From: Candidatus Nezhaarchaeota archaeon
GTDB lineage: Archaea; Thermoproteota; Methanomethylicia; Nezhaarchaeales; WYZ-LMO8
Direction: 5' to 3'
NCBI GenBank assembly: GCA_030055465.1
Contig: JASFYF010000001.1
Location: 698,447 to 762,446 of the forward strand
Length of the DNA stretch: 64,000 nt
Of the stretch, positions 46,706-57,383 are shown piece by piece. Position numbers and translations under genes: made by a program. Below the pieces are notes generated by a model. That model had not been told where the DNA came from and ran no database searches. It was given only the letters and a program-made list of their open reading frames with translations. Positions within the stretch are counted from its first letter, which is position 1; each line of letters starts with the position of its first letter.

Positions 46706-47958
46706 CCACCAACATTATTCGTCCTCAAGACTTTTAGCTTTTCCGCATTTATCCTTCCGAGCTCAAGCGCGTCGACTATGGGCAGCCTCCTCCCCGCGAG
46801 CAGGTGAAGCAGTGCTCCCCCAGCGGTGCTCGTATACGTAACTTTATCCTCCGCGTTCAGCCTGCGGAGCGCTGTTGTTAGGTGCCCGCCGCTGATGATC
46901 GTTACGGACTTGCTGTCGGCGATGGCCTTCAGGACCCTGATGGTTGCCTTAGCGAACTCCTCCTCCTCGAATACTCCTAGGGGGCCGTTAGCTATCACGC
47001 TTCCAGCCCTCTGCACCTCGGAGGCTATTAGCTCAGCTGTCTCCAGCCCAACATCCTTTATCGCGTAGCCCTCCGGGATCTCGTCAACCGGGCAGTCGAC
47101 CCTTTCCCCGTTCTTCTCGACGGCAACGTCGACTGGGAGGAGGAACACGTCCTCCCTCCACTGCAGTAGCCTCCTAGCCCTCTCCACGTACCCGTTGAAG
47201 CCCTTATCCTTCTTCACGTTGTTGTTGGAGAGCTTGAGCCCCTTGGCTTCGAGGAAGACTGGCGCCAGCAGTCCGCCCACGACTATCTTATCCACGAACC
47301 CGGTTTTCGCGAGCGTCTCCACAACCTCCAGCCTATCTCCCACCTTTGCCCCTCCGAGCACGTAGACTATCGGCTTCCTCAGCTTTGGCATTAAGCTGTT
47401 TAGGGTTCTCAGCTCCTTTTCGACGAGCCTGCCGGCCAGCGACGGTAGAACGTACGCGAACCCGACGAGTGATGGCTGGGATCTGTGGGCCGCCGGAAAA
47501 GCGTCGTGGATGAACGCTTGGAATAGGGGGCTGAGCTTCCTCACCAGGAAGGTCTTGGCGCACTCCTCGATTGGGGCCTCTATGGTCTCCTCGGAGTAGA
47601 GCCTCGTGTTCTCAAGGAGGAGGACTTCGCCGTCTTTAAGCTTGGAAATCTCGCTTCTGGCTGCAGGCCCCATCACATCATCTATGAACTTGACGGGCCT
47701 CCCAACGTGCTTTTCGAGCAGCGCCGCGTGCGCCTCAAGCGATACGAAGTCGCTTTTGCCGGGCCTACCCTGATGGGACATCACCACAGCCTTGCAGTTG
47801 GCCAGCTCCCGCAGCGTTACGCTTGCCTCCTTTATCCTGTTCTCGTCGAGTATCTCCCCCTCAGACCCTATAGGGGAGTTTATGTCGACCCTGACCAGGA
47901 CCCTTCTGCCTTCGAGGTCGACGTCGTCGAGCGTGAGGAACCTGAACTGTGAGGCCAT
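46702..47958 (-). CDS. pgk: Phosphoglycerate kinase
   Basis: RVLVRVDINSP N-terminus. The start is placed at the internal Met (MASQFRF); the track ORF runs to 48012. Confidence 0.85.
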   Translation of the reverse strand: MASQFRFLTLDDVDLEGRRVLVRVDINSPIGSEGEILDENRIKEASVTLRELANCKAVVMSHQGRPGKSDFVSLEAHAALLEKHVGRPVKFIDDVMGPAARSEISKLKDGEVLLLENTRLYSEETIEAPIEECAKTFLVRKLSPLFQAFIHDAFPAAHRSQPSLVGFAYVLPSLAGRLVEKELRTLNSLMPKLRKPIVYVLGGAKVGDRLEVVETLAKTGFVDKIVVGGLLAPVFLEAKGLKLSNNNVKKDKGFNGYVERARRLLQWREDVFLLPVDVAVEKNGERVDCPVDEIPEGYAIKDVGLETAELIASEVQRAGSVIANGPLGVFEEEEFAKATIRVLKAIADSKSVTIISGGHLTTALRRLNAEDKVTYTSTAGGALLHLLAGRRLPIVDALELGRINAEKLKVLRTNNVGG

Positions 47959-48034
47959 AGCTCCTCTACCAAGTAAGTGTAATGTTGAGCATGCTTTATA
48001 TACGTTTAACAAGCATTGTAAATTGATGAGCGGA

Positions 48035-48499
48035 GATCAACGAGCAGTGAGGCTTTACGTTTACATGGCTAAGGAGTGCGACCCCTACAAGTGCACGGCT
48101 AACAGGCTCGTCAAGGTCGGCTTAGCTAAGCCAATCCATAGGGTGAAGGAGATCCCCCGCGGCTGCGTGATCTTGAACCCCCTAGCCCCGGAAACCCTTT
48201 CAGCCCTGGACTTGGAGGCTGCGTTGGTCCATGGGATAACAGCGATCGACTGCTCGTGGAGGAGCGCTGAGGCCTTCTTCAGCAACGTTAAGCTTAAAGG
48301 CCTCCATCGAAGCCTCCCCAGGCTCGTGGCCGCAAACCCCGTGAACTTCGGGAACCCCAACGCGCTTTCCACGGCTGAGGCCCTTGCCGCCTCGCTGTGC
48401 GTGCTGGGCTTCCGCCCGCAGGCGGAGAGGATACTGAGCGTGTTCAAGTGGGGGTTGAACTTCCTCGAGATCAACAGGGGGCGGCTGGAGGCCCCGTGA
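48035..48499 (+). CDS. tsr3: Tsr3/DUF367 (16S rRNA aminocarboxypropyltransferase-like)
   Basis: VRLYVYMAKECDPYKCTANRL is the DUF367 N-terminal signature. The start is placed at the internal ATG at 48035. Confidence 0.6.
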   Translation, partial: DQRAVRLYVYMAKECDPYKCTANRLVKVGLAKPIHRVKEIPRGCVILNPLAPETLSALDLEAALVHGITAIDCSWRSAEAFFSNVKLKGLHRSLPRLVAANPVNFGNPNALSTAEALAASLCVLGFRPQAERILSVFKWGLNFLEINRGRLEAP

Positions 48500-48500
48500 T

Positions 48501-49388
48501 CTAGGCCTTGCACCTCATTATCATGTGCTCGATTATCGCCTCAGCGGGCTTAACGCCCGTGGCCTCGGATAGGCCCCGCCAGTCCGGGGCTGCGTTAACC
48601 TCGAATATCACGTAGCCCCTCTCCGGGTCCTCGGCTATGTCGACGCCTGCGTACCAAAGCCCCAAGGTCTCGCACGCCTTTACCGCCATCTCCCTCATCT
48701 CTTCAGGTGGATTGTACGCTTCTGCTCTGCCGCCCTGAGCAATGTTGGTGCGCCACTCTCCAGGCCTCGGGGCAAAGCGCTTTATCGACGCTAGGACATA
48801 GTCCCCCACCACGAACACCCTGACGTCGTAGTCGCTCTTATTTATGTACTCCTGAACGTAGATCACCTGGTTGAAGGCCACTATGGTCCTAAATATCCTG
48901 AAGGCAACTTCGGGGTCGTTGACCAAAACCATTCCGTAGCCGCGGGAGCCTATGAGGGGCTTTATGACCGCCTTCTCCACCCCCTTCACGAAGTTGTAGG
49001 CGAGGCCTATGTCCTCCGTTACAAGGGTTTTGGGGATGCGGAGGCCCGCCTTGGAGAGCATCATTAAGGCCCCGTACTTGTCTCTCGCCAGGGCTAAGCC
49101 CTCAACCGGATTCATGACGGTTACGCCCAGTGCCTCCATGCTTTTCAGGAGCGTTAGCCTTCTAACGTACTGCTCAACGCTGGTGACGCTGCCCAGGGAC
49201 CTGACAACCGCCCCGTCCACGTTCACTCTGTTTTTGCCGTAGAAGAGGTCGAACCCGCCGTTGAGCGATGATGAGAGGCTCGATATCCTCAGGAAGATGG
49301 GGGTCAGCCCCCTCTCCTTGATGTTTAGGAGGAGCTCCCTCGCCGGCTGGTCGGGCCTTTTAGAGTCGTGTATAACCGCTATCCTCAT
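48501..49388 (-). CDS. ATP-grasp ligase of the RimK/LysX family
   Basis: ATP-grasp motifs (KPLIGSRGYGMV, EYI). 295 aa. Confidence 0.65.
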   Translation of the reverse strand: MRIAVIHDSKRPDQPARELLLNIKERGLTPIFLRISSLSSSLNGGFDLFYGKNRVNVDGAVVRSLGSVTSVEQYVRRLTLLKSMEALGVTVMNPVEGLALARDKYGALMMLSKAGLRIPKTLVTEDIGLAYNFVKGVEKAVIKPLIGSRGYGMVLVNDPEVAFRIFRTIVAFNQVIYVQEYINKSDYDVRVFVVGDYVLASIKRFAPRPGEWRTNIAQGGRAEAYNPPEEMREMAVKACETLGLWYAGVDIAEDPERGYVIFEVNAAPDWRGLSEATGVKPAEAIIEHMIMRCKA

Positions 49389-49646
49389 TATTCTCTGTCT
49401 CCCTCCACGCTTTTACGCGGCTTTTAGCTTAACTTTACAGTTTAGGGCAGAAATGAGTGGGCTTTATAAGTGCTTCCACCGAGGAGCGTTAGAAGGCCCA
49501 AGCGAGGCCGCAGCGCTGAACGAGAAAACGCGGTTTTTGGTTCGCCGCCTCGCCTCGAGGCGAGCTTGGAACCGGCAGCTTCGGCGGGGAGGCGTTGCGA
49601 AAAACTGAAATAATGAGGTTGGAGGAGTTAAAGGGGTAGATGCAAA

Positions 49647-50063
49647 GTGAATGATGGAGAGGACGTGGAGCTTGAACGGCTTAAGGCCAAGAAGATTAAG
49701 GAGCTGTTAAGCCCGCGGAAGGAGGGTCCTAGCGGCGTCATCCATGCGGACTCGGAGTCCTTCAGGGAGCTCTTGGAGAAGGAGACGCGCCCAGTGCTCG
49801 TGGACTTCTGGGCTGAGTGGTGTGCGCCTTGCAGGATGCTGGCGCCAATAATAGAGGGCTTGGCCAAAAAGTACTCGGGCAGGGTGGTTTTCGCCAAGCT
49901 GAACGTCGACGAGAACCCTGGGGTTGCAGCCCAGTACGGCATAATGGCGATACCAACCTTGATACTATTCGTCGGGGGCGTTGAAGTCGACAGGATTGTG
50001 GGTTTGGTGCCGGAGAAGCGCATAGAGGCGATGATAGAAGGCAAGCTCAAAGAGGGCTCTTAG
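49647..50063 (+). CDS. trx: Thioredoxin
   Basis: WAEWCAPCRMLAP active site. Confidence 0.8.
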   Translation: MNDGEDVELERLKAKKIKELLSPRKEGPSGVIHADSESFRELLEKETRPVLVDFWAEWCAPCRMLAPIIEGLAKKYSGRVVFAKLNVDENPGVAAQYGIMAIPTLILFVGGVEVDRIVGLVPEKRIEAMIEGKLKEGS

Positions 50064-50089
50064 GCGTTCCCCACCTTCCTGCTGCAGCC

Positions 50090-52372
50090 TCACAACATCA
50101 TGATACCCGTCCTGCTCCTGTCCATCAGCTCCCTCTTCTTAGCCTCGTTCCATCCTGAAACCTCTTGGTAGTAGCCGGTCACCCTGCTCCAGTACCTCAC
50201 GTTTGATGAGCCGCAGTGAAGGCACTTTTCGAGGATTCCGCCGTCGACTTTCCCGCAGTCCTCGCATATTGTCAGGTCCTTGGTGTACGCGAAGTAGCCC
50301 ACCTGGGTTGTCTTCGCGATCTTGTAGGTGAGCCTCACCAGGGTTTCGGGGTGCGGATACGCCTCGCCGAGCCAGACGTGGAATATGTTTCCCCCGCTCA
50401 GTATCGGGAAGAACTTGTGCTCTATGCTTAGCTTCTCAGCTAGGGTTACGGGGGCGCCTACGTAAACGTGGGTGCCGTTGCTGTAGTATATGGGCACATC
50501 CCTCACGCCGTCCCTGAGCAGCCTGAGCGCGGCGTCGACGTCTCCTTTAACGACTTTCAGGGCCTTATCCCTGAAGGCCGGCGACACCACGTCGCTTACG
50601 GCGAGCCTCTGAGCGCAGCTCTCCGCGGGGGTTCTGGCCAATGCCAGCTTCACGTCGTGCCTCCTCTCCAGCTCCTCCTTGTACTTCCTCATTTCGAGCA
50701 GCAGCTTAACCAGCAGCTTAACAGCGGTTTCATGCTCGTGAAGCTGGTAGCCGGTGTGCCACTGGGCCATCTCGTTTCCGCCTACTATCCCTATGGTGTA
50801 GACGAGCTCGTTGAAGTCCACGGCGGGCGGCCCCCTGCTGCCCGTCTTCGGGTCCAGCGGCCTCTGCGTTGCGAATGGAAGCCTGTTGTACTGTATCATG
50901 CTGTCCATCCACCTCTTCTTGGCCTTGAAGACCTCAACGCATAGGTTCATGGCTTCGAAGGCCTTCTCAACTAGCACGTCGTCGTCGCCGCTTGACTGGT
51001 AGGCGATCCTTGGGAGGTTTATAGTGACCACCTGCCAGGCCCCCATGCTGAAGTGCTTGCCGTCCACGAAGTTCATCTTATCGTAGAACTCCGGGTCGTT
51101 GTCCGGGGTCTCCGTGAAGGTGTAGGCGCAGCACTGGTAGCAGGAGACGCCCTTCCCGTACCCCCTGTAGGAGGGGATTGCGTTGTCGAAGTAGGGGGTC
51201 CCGTACTTGGCGACCACCTGGTGCACCAGCAGCCAGTCCTCGTAGAACTCATCCCTCAGGCTTTCGGGGGTTAGGTAGCCTTCAAGCTTGGGGAAGTTGA
51301 AGGGCTTACCCCAGTAGTCGCCCTTCAAGGCCACCTCGTATATTGCCCTGAAGAACATCTCCGCCTCGCGTTGGTAGTCGCCGTAGACGTCTGGGCCAAC
51401 CCTTCCGCGAGCCACAACGGGCTTATCCCTCCATATCTCTGGTATGGTTGGCGTCAACTGTATGTTCGAGAAGACCAGCTGGCCCCCCCTCGCAACGTAG
51501 GCCTGCGTGAGCTCGTAGAACATCATCTGGGCGAGCTGCTTCACCTGCCTGTAGCTTAGGCCCCTCAGGTAAGGGGCTAGGAATACGTTGTAGTTGTAGA
51601 AGCCCTGCCCGCCCGCGAAGTTTGTTTGGGCCGCCGCCAGGACCTTAACCGTGTGGAGCACGGCCACCTCTGGATGCATGGCCGGTCCCGCAACGCTCGT
51701 CTTGAAGCCGGTTCCATCCGGCATTAAGCCGTAGTAGAAGAAGTACCTGAGATCCCAGTCCTGGCAGAAGGGCCTAACCCCGAAGTACTCCAAGTCGTGT
51801 ATGTGGATGTCGCCCTTTAGGTGGGCGTCCCCAACCTTGGGGTGGAGGAGCAGCAGGTACTGCTCCTTTGAGAGCTTATCCGCCTTCTTCTTGTGCGCCG
51901 TCTCGGCGTTCGGCTGCAGGTTGGCGTTCTCCTTGGCCTCGAACCCGAGGCCTAAATCTATTAGGTAGGCGTCGTATACCGGCGCGCCAACCCTTGTGAG
52001 AATGTTCCTGTAAATCACGTATTCCGGGTGCTTATCCGACCTCTCCAGCAGGACGTTGTTGACGAGCTCCCTTATGAGGGCCCCGCTGGCGAACCTGCAC
52101 TTCATCTCCGTGACCCTTCTTTCAACTTCCTGCGCTATGCCTTCAGCCTCTTTGGCGTCTATGGGTGGGATGTCGAAGAACTCCTCGGCCAGCTTGGTTT
52201 CCTTTAAGAGCTGCTTCACTATTGCCTTTCTATCCCACGGAACCATGTAGCCGTCGCTCGTCCTAACAAGCGGCTTGCCGGCCACGTAGTGGGAGGCAGC
52301 CCTAAGCCAAGCTTCAAGTGAGGCCTGCTTAGCCTCTAGGGGGGGCTTCTTGTTGTTCCTGCGGCTCGTCAC
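50090..52372 (-). CDS. nrdD: Anaerobic ribonucleoside-triphosphate reductase (class III, NrdD)
   Basis: C-terminal Zn ribbon CEDCG...CLHCG and glycyl-radical region SRVTGYYQEVSGWNEAKKRELMDR. Confidence 0.8.
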   Translation of the reverse strand: MTSRRNNKKPPLEAKQASLEAWLRAASHYVAGKPLVRTSDGYMVPWDRKAIVKQLLKETKLAEEFFDIPPIDAKEAEGIAQEVERRVTEMKCRFASGALIRELVNNVLLERSDKHPEYVIYRNILTRVGAPVYDAYLIDLGLGFEAKENANLQPNAETAHKKKADKLSKEQYLLLLHPKVGDAHLKGDIHIHDLEYFGVRPFCQDWDLRYFFYYGLMPDGTGFKTSVAGPAMHPEVAVLHTVKVLAAAQTNFAGGQGFYNYNVFLAPYLRGLSYRQVKQLAQMMFYELTQAYVARGGQLVFSNIQLTPTIPEIWRDKPVVARGRVGPDVYGDYQREAEMFFRAIYEVALKGDYWGKPFNFPKLEGYLTPESLRDEFYEDWLLVHQVVAKYGTPYFDNAIPSYRGYGKGVSCYQCCAYTFTETPDNDPEFYDKMNFVDGKHFSMGAWQVVTINLPRIAYQSSGDDDVLVEKAFEAMNLCVEVFKAKKRWMDSMIQYNRLPFATQRPLDPKTGSRGPPAVDFNELVYTIGIVGGNEMAQWHTGYQLHEHETAVKLLVKLLLEMRKYKEELERRHDVKLALARTPAESCAQRLAVSDVVSPAFRDKALKVVKGDVDAALRLLRDGVRDVPIYYSNGTHVYVGAPVTLAEKLSIEHKFFPILSGGNIFHVWLGEAYPHPETLVRLTYKIAKTTQVGYFAYTKDLTICEDCGKVDGGILEKCLHCGSSNVRYWSRVTGYYQEVSGWNEAKKRELMDRSRTGIMML

Positions 52373-52668
52373 GGCTTTCCACCTTCACTCCGGGCCCCGC
52401 CTACTATCCCGCGCAGCCTGTCGAGCAGGAGCTTGTCGCCCTCGAAGAGGTCTTGAACGTAGAAGAAGCTGCCCTCAACCTCCAGTGCGGGCACCTCCGT
52501 TAGGAACACGTCCCTCATTATCAAATCGGCCATCACGTCGCTGTTCGAGACGTCTAAAGCCTCGTACTCCACCTTCATCTCGCTTAGCGCCCTCTTGAGG
52601 CCCTCACACCTGGGGCATTGAGGGGAAACGTAGACTTTGACCTGCACCACGATGAACTTGCCCTCCAA
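52369..52668 (-). CDS. Glutaredoxin-like/NrdH-like redoxin (CPRC)
   Basis: YVSPQCPRCEGLKRAL. Overlaps the nrdD start. Confidence 0.7.
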   Translation of the reverse strand: MEGKFIVVQVKVYVSPQCPRCEGLKRALSEMKVEYEALDVSNSDVMADLIMRDVFLTEVPALEVEGSFFYVQDLFEGDKLLLDRLRGIVGGARSEGGKP

Positions 52669-52780
52669 GTAAGCTTTAGGTTGACCGCCTCTTTAAGGCT
52701 GCCGCTAGTTCTCGGGCACTTCGAGGCGGAGGGGACGAAATATAAAGGCCAACCCCTACACCCACTGCAGGGGGAAACTC

Positions 52781-53638
52781 GTGTCCAGCGATTTGCGGTT
52801 GGCTGTTGAGAGGGCCAAGGAGGCATTGAAGGGGTCCCTGGAGGAGGTGGCGCGCGCGAAGAGCCTGCTGCCGCCTAAGGGCTCGCCCGTAGCCCCAAGG
52901 CTCGACGTGGCCTTGTTCTTCGTTAGGAGGGCGATGGCCGTCCTGGAGGGTCTCTCCGTAATCGATGAGGGCGGAGCCCTAAGGCAGTTTGAGGGCGAGG
53001 TCTTGGACATAGAGGTTGAACGGGATGTGCTTGAATTCAACAGGAGGGTGGCCCTTGAGAACAGGAGGATCCTCGACGAGCGCGGCGTAAGGGCCGTGGA
53101 CTTCATGGGGTCCCTGGGCGCCGGCAAGACCTCGCTCATAGAGGCTTTGATAAGGAGGCTGAAGGAGAAGTACAGGGTGGCGGTGATAGTGGGGGACGTC
53201 GCCTCCTCGGTTGACGCCGACAGGATTTCGAGGTTGGGGGTGAAGGCCATCCAGGTTAACACTGGAAGGGAGTGCCACCTGGACGCCCAGCTTGTCAGGC
53301 GCGCCCTTGAAGCCCTAAACCTCGGCGAGGTTGACCTTCTCTTCATAGAGAACGTGGGCAACTTGATCTGCCCAGCGGACTTCCCGCTTGGGGCCCACAG
53401 CCGAGTTGTCGTCATAAGCGTGAGCGAGGGCGGAGACATGGTTTTAAAGCACCCGCTGTCCTTCAGGGACGTGGACCTAGTCGTAGTGAACAAAGTTGAC
53501 GTCGCCGACTCGTTTGGGGTTAAGCCCCAGGATCTCGCGGAGGACGTGAGGAGGGTGAACCCCAAGGCGAATGTGGTTTTGTCGAGCGTGAAGACAGGCC
53601 TCGGCATCGACGACGTCGTGAAAGCATTAAACCTATAA
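52781..53638 (+). CDS. hypB: HypB/UreG-family (G3E) metallochaperone GTPase with an N-terminal extension of about 95 aa
   Basis: GSLGAGKTSLI, ENVGNLICPADF, VVNKVD. Confidence 0.65.
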   Translation: MSSDLRLAVERAKEALKGSLEEVARAKSLLPPKGSPVAPRLDVALFFVRRAMAVLEGLSVIDEGGALRQFEGEVLDIEVERDVLEFNRRVALENRRILDERGVRAVDFMGSLGAGKTSLIEALIRRLKEKYRVAVIVGDVASSVDADRISRLGVKAIQVNTGRECHLDAQLVRRALEALNLGEVDLLFIENVGNLICPADFPLGAHSRVVVISVSEGGDMVLKHPLSFRDVDLVVVNKVDVADSFGVKPQDLAEDVRRVNPKANVVLSSVKTGLGIDDVVKALNL

Positions 53639-53676
53639 CTGCAGCCAAGCTATATTAGCTCGCATCGGCTTTAAAA

Positions 53677-54741
53677 TTGTGGCTAGGAGGAAAACCCGCT
53701 TTGAAGGCGTCGGAATACGCGTATGGCGTCGCCAGGGTTAGGGCCAAGAGGGCCTTCATGTTGAAGGTCGAGGACTACGAGGCGCTTCTAAGGGCCCCCG
53801 CGTTCCACCAGGCCCTAGCTCAGCTTCAGCCGGTAAGCGATCTCGCCCGCGATGCACCTCAGACGAGCGATCCTCGAGGGCTTGAGAGGCACCTGAGCGA
53901 TAGGTTCCTCGAGATCCTGAGGTCCGTGTCCAAGACGGTTAAGGGAGATGCCAGGCTCTTCTTGGAGGCAGCCTTCAGCAAGTACGAGTACGAGACCTTG
54001 AAGGCGTTGCTCAAGGCTAAGTTCATGGGCCTAAGCGAGGAGGAAACCTGGTCCATAGCCCCCCCGATGGGGATCTTCAGCGGCCCGCTGTACTCGTCTA
54101 TGGTGTCCGCTAGGGGGGTTGAGCAGGCGGTTGAGCTCATCCCTCAAGGCGAGCTTAAGGCCGTAGTAAAGGAGGCGCTCAAGGACGCCGCGGAGCTGAA
54201 GACTCCTCTACCGCTGGAGACGAGACTGGACAAGTGGTTTTACCTTAAGCTGTGGGGGCTAGCCAAGAAGCTTAGGGGAAGCGATGGGGAGTGGGCTACC
54301 CACTTGGTTGGAGTAGAGGTGGACGTAAAGAACATAATGGTGCTCCTGAGGGGTAAGGAGCTTAACCTGCAGCCCGCAGCGCTGGACGGGATGTTCCTCC
54401 CCATCTCCTACAAGCTTCAGCTGGACCTCAGCTCCCTAGCACCTCAGCCCCTGCCCGCGGTCCTCCAGGCGCTGTACCCAACATACTACGGCGCGGCCGT
54501 CTCCCCCTTGGCTAAGGACTCAAGAGAGGTAGAGCGAAACCTGCAGATCCTCTGGGTTAACGAGAACGAGTCCGTGTTCCTCCACTACCCGTTCACCGTG
54601 GGCAGCATCTACGCGTACGCCAACCTGAAGCACCTGGAGCTCAAAGATCTCAGGGCCCTGCTGCTCTCGAAGCTCTTAGGCGTACCAGCTGAGAGGGTTG
54701 CGCCGCTTATGGTTAGGTTCGCGGAGAGGCTGTCGGCGTAG
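53677..54741 (+). CDS. atpC: A/V-type ATPase subunit C (AtpC)-like
   Basis: N-terminal EYAYGVARVRAKRAFML resembles the A-ATPase C subunit (YAY.NARVRA). All-helical, 354 aa. No other atp genes in the window. Confidence 0.5.
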   Translation: MWLGGKPALKASEYAYGVARVRAKRAFMLKVEDYEALLRAPAFHQALAQLQPVSDLARDAPQTSDPRGLERHLSDRFLEILRSVSKTVKGDARLFLEAAFSKYEYETLKALLKAKFMGLSEEETWSIAPPMGIFSGPLYSSMVSARGVEQAVELIPQGELKAVVKEALKDAAELKTPLPLETRLDKWFYLKLWGLAKKLRGSDGEWATHLVGVEVDVKNIMVLLRGKELNLQPAALDGMFLPISYKLQLDLSSLAPQPLPAVLQALYPTYYGAAVSPLAKDSREVERNLQILWVNENESVFLHYPFTVGSIYAYANLKHLELKDLRALLLSKLLGVPAERVAPLMVRFAERLSA

Positions 54742-54764
54742 GTTAAGGGCCTTAAAAAAGAGGG

Positions 54765-55040
54765 TTAAAGAAGCCATTTTAGCGGTATGTCTTGGTAGTG
54801 GCCGCTTGGCAGCCTCCTCCTTATCGTTATCGGCAGGACCCCTAACTCCAGCTCCTTCGTCGCGATGTTTATGGGGTCCTTATTGTTCAGCTGGGAGATG
54901 TCCACGAGCACCGGGGCCCCCATGGATATCTGGAGGGCCCTAGCGCCGATTATCCTAGCGCGCTCGTACTTGGTGAGCTTGGGCAGCCATACCTTCACTT
55001 CTTCAGCCTTTATCCTGCGGTTGCTGGTTTTCGCCTTCAA
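54765..55040 (-). CDS. rpoK: DNA-directed RNA polymerase subunit K (Rpb6 homolog)
   Basis: [22 protein letters not shown]. Confidence 0.8.
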   Translation of the reverse strand: MKAKTSNRRIKAEEVKVWLPKLTKYERARIIGARALQISMGAPVLVDISQLNNKDPINIATKELELGVLPITIRRRLPSGHYQDIPLKWLL

Positions 55041-56680
55041 AACTCTTCCTCGCCGAATTTAGGCGTTTCCCTCTCTTTTTCTTTTTCCTTCTTTGGAGGC
55101 GATGCAGCTATGACGTCGTCTATCTTCAGCACCATTATGGCCGCCTCGGTTGCCGACTTCAGGGCCTGCCTCTTGACGACGAGGGGCTCGTAGACGTTCA
55201 GCTGCTTCATGTCCACTAGGTCACCTTTGAGGACGTTGACCCCGTAGCTCTTCATTCCCTTCTCGTGGTATGACCTCAGCTTAACCACTATGTCGAGTGG
55301 GTCGAGGCCTGCGTTCTCCGCGAGTATGGATGGTATCACCTCGAGCGCGTCTGCGAACTTCATTGCGGCCAGCTGCTCCCTGCCGGGCAGGCTTCTAGCC
55401 CAGTCCCTGAGGGCTAGGCTGAGCGATATTTCGGGGGCTCCGCCGCCCGGTAGGATCTTGGGCTCCTGCACTATGTTCCTGACGACGCACAGCGCGTCGT
55501 GTATGGACCTCTCCGCCTCCTTTATGCTCATGTCGCTGCTTCCCCTGATGAGGATTGAAACGGCCCTCGGGTTCTTGCAGCCCCTCACGAAGATCATCTT
55601 CTCGTCCGCTACCTTAACCTCCTCAACCAGCTCGGCCTCGCCTAGGTCGCCCTCGCTCATGTCCTCTATGCTGGTCACTATCTTGGCACCCGTCGCCTTG
55701 GCCAGCTTCTCTATGTCGGACCTCTTAACCCTCCTAGCAGCCATTATGCCCTTCTTGGCTAGGAAGTGCTGGGCCACGTCGTCTATGCCCTTCTCGCAGA
55801 AGACGACGTTCACTCCCACTGAGGCTATCTTCTCCACCATCTTTTTGAGGACCTTTGTTTCCTCGTCTAGGAATGCCTTCATCTGGTCCGGGCTTGTTAT
55901 GTTGATCTTAGCCGTTATCTCTGTCTTCTCTATTTCGAGCGGCGCCTCGAGGACGGCTATCTTCGCGTTGCGGACTATCTTGGGCATCCCGGCGTGCACG
56001 ACCTCCTTGTCTATGACGAGGCCGTCTATCAGCATGCTTTCGTTGAGCGATTGACCCCTCTTTTTCTCGACCTTCACGTCGTCTATGTCAACGAACCACT
56101 TGTCGCCCCTCTTCTGCGCTACCTTGAGGACGGCCTCCACAGCGTACTTGGCCAGCAGGTCCCTTGAGCCAGCAACAGAGGCCTTGCTGCTCAGGGACGT
56201 CAACGCCACCTTCATCAGGACGTCCTTGTCAACTGGGTCTACGGGCATCGCTATGTTCTCAAGGGTCTCCAAGGCCTTGTCCAAGGCCTTCCTGTAGCCG
56301 TCAATCACCACGGTGGGGTGGACGTCCTGGTCCAGGAGCTCCTCGGCGTTTTTGAGGAGCTCGCCGGCGAGTATCACGGCCGTTGTGGTTCCATCGCCGA
56401 CCTCTGAGTCTTGGGCCTTGGCCACCTCGACCATCATCTTGGCCGCTGGGTGCTGTATGTCCATCTCCTTTAGTATCGTTGCTCCGTCGTTGGTTATTGT
56501 GACGTCCCCGAAGCTGCTGACCAGCATCTTGTCCATGCCTCGCGGGCCGAGGGAGCTCTTCACGGTTTCGGCGACTATCTTGGCAGCCATTATATTGGCT
56601 CTTTGAGCTTCACGACCTACGGTTCTGCTTGTCCCCTCTTTAAGGACGAGGACAGGGAGTGTTGCCGACATGGTTATCAC
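55037..56680 (-). CDS. ths: Thermosome subunit (group II chaperonin)
   Basis: [26 protein letters not shown]. 547 aa. Confidence 0.9.
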   Translation of the reverse strand: MITMSATLPVLVLKEGTSRTVGREAQRANIMAAKIVAETVKSSLGPRGMDKMLVSSFGDVTITNDGATILKEMDIQHPAAKMMVEVAKAQDSEVGDGTTTAVILAGELLKNAEELLDQDVHPTVVIDGYRKALDKALETLENIAMPVDPVDKDVLMKVALTSLSSKASVAGSRDLLAKYAVEAVLKVAQKRGDKWFVDIDDVKVEKKRGQSLNESMLIDGLVIDKEVVHAGMPKIVRNAKIAVLEAPLEIEKTEITAKINITSPDQMKAFLDEETKVLKKMVEKIASVGVNVVFCEKGIDDVAQHFLAKKGIMAARRVKRSDIEKLAKATGAKIVTSIEDMSEGDLGEAELVEEVKVADEKMIFVRGCKNPRAVSILIRGSSDMSIKEAERSIHDALCVVRNIVQEPKILPGGGAPEISLSLALRDWARSLPGREQLAAMKFADALEVIPSILAENAGLDPLDIVVKLRSYHEKGMKSYGVNVLKGDLVDMKQLNVYEPLVVKRQALKSATEAAIMVLKIDDVIAASPPKKEKEKERETPKFGEEEF

Positions 56681-56749
56681 CTAGGTAAGCAAGTTCAGAG
56701 TTTACAATAAACTGCTTCTATATAAATTTAACCGAAGATCGTGGGGCCG

Positions 56750-57253
56750 TCAATCCAAGCTCAGGAGCATTATGTAGGCGTCTTCGCCGTCCCCGTAGTA
56801 CCTGGGCACCCTCCTGGCCACCTTGAAGCCCAGCTTCTTGTACAGGTTTATGGCTGGGTCGTTGGAGACCCTGACCTCCAAGTAGACCTCTTTGACGTCC
56901 CTGCTTCGGATCGCCTCTATCGCCTTCCTGAGCATGCCCTCCGCTATCCCCCTCCTCCTAGCGTGTGGCATCACCGCGAGGGATATGACGTGCCCCTTCC
57001 AGCAGGCGCCGCCCGCGTGGGGGCGGTGGCTGAAGCCCCTGTCGATCCTCGTCATCACGTAGCCCACCACCTCCCCCTCCAGCTCGGCCACCCAGAAGCC
57101 TTGGGGGAACTCCCTGAAGTGATACACGAAGAAGTCCGGCGTGTAGTTTTCGGGGAGGCAGGACCTGTTGATGTTGAGGACGCTTGCGAGGTCCTCCTCC
57201 CTGAAGGGCCTTATGATGTACTCCGGGCCCTCGCCTTTCCTCAAAACGCTCAC
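56750..57253 (-). CDS. GNAT N-acetyltransferase (RimI/Ard1-like N-terminal acetyltransferase)
   Basis: GNAT motif RRRGIAEGML. 167 aa. Confidence 0.75.
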   Translation of the reverse strand: MSVLRKGEGPEYIIRPFREEDLASVLNINRSCLPENYTPDFFVYHFREFPQGFWVAELEGEVVGYVMTRIDRGFSHRPHAGGACWKGHVISLAVMPHARRRGIAEGMLRKAIEAIRSRDVKEVYLEVRVSNDPAINLYKKLGFKVARRVPRYYGDGEDAYIMLLSLD

Positions 57254-57383
57254 GCCCGAATAGTTGCTTCCTAACTTTCCCGAGCGGATGCTTAAAAGCC
57301 TATTTTTGGGTAAGCCGCTTAAACGCCGGGCAGATAGGCTTAACAGAGAAGCTTGGAGAATTGAGCTGTAGGGTGCCGATAAA

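Noticed and set aside
52756-53607. 283-aa ORF antisense to the HypB-like gene
   Set aside because: Ser/Thr/Arg-rich low-complexity translation with no motifs. The sense-strand GTPase motifs are unambiguous.
55290-56054. 254-aa ORF antisense to the thermosome gene
   Set aside because: Ser/Leu-rich low-complexity translation, fully embedded in a strongly supported chaperonin CDS.
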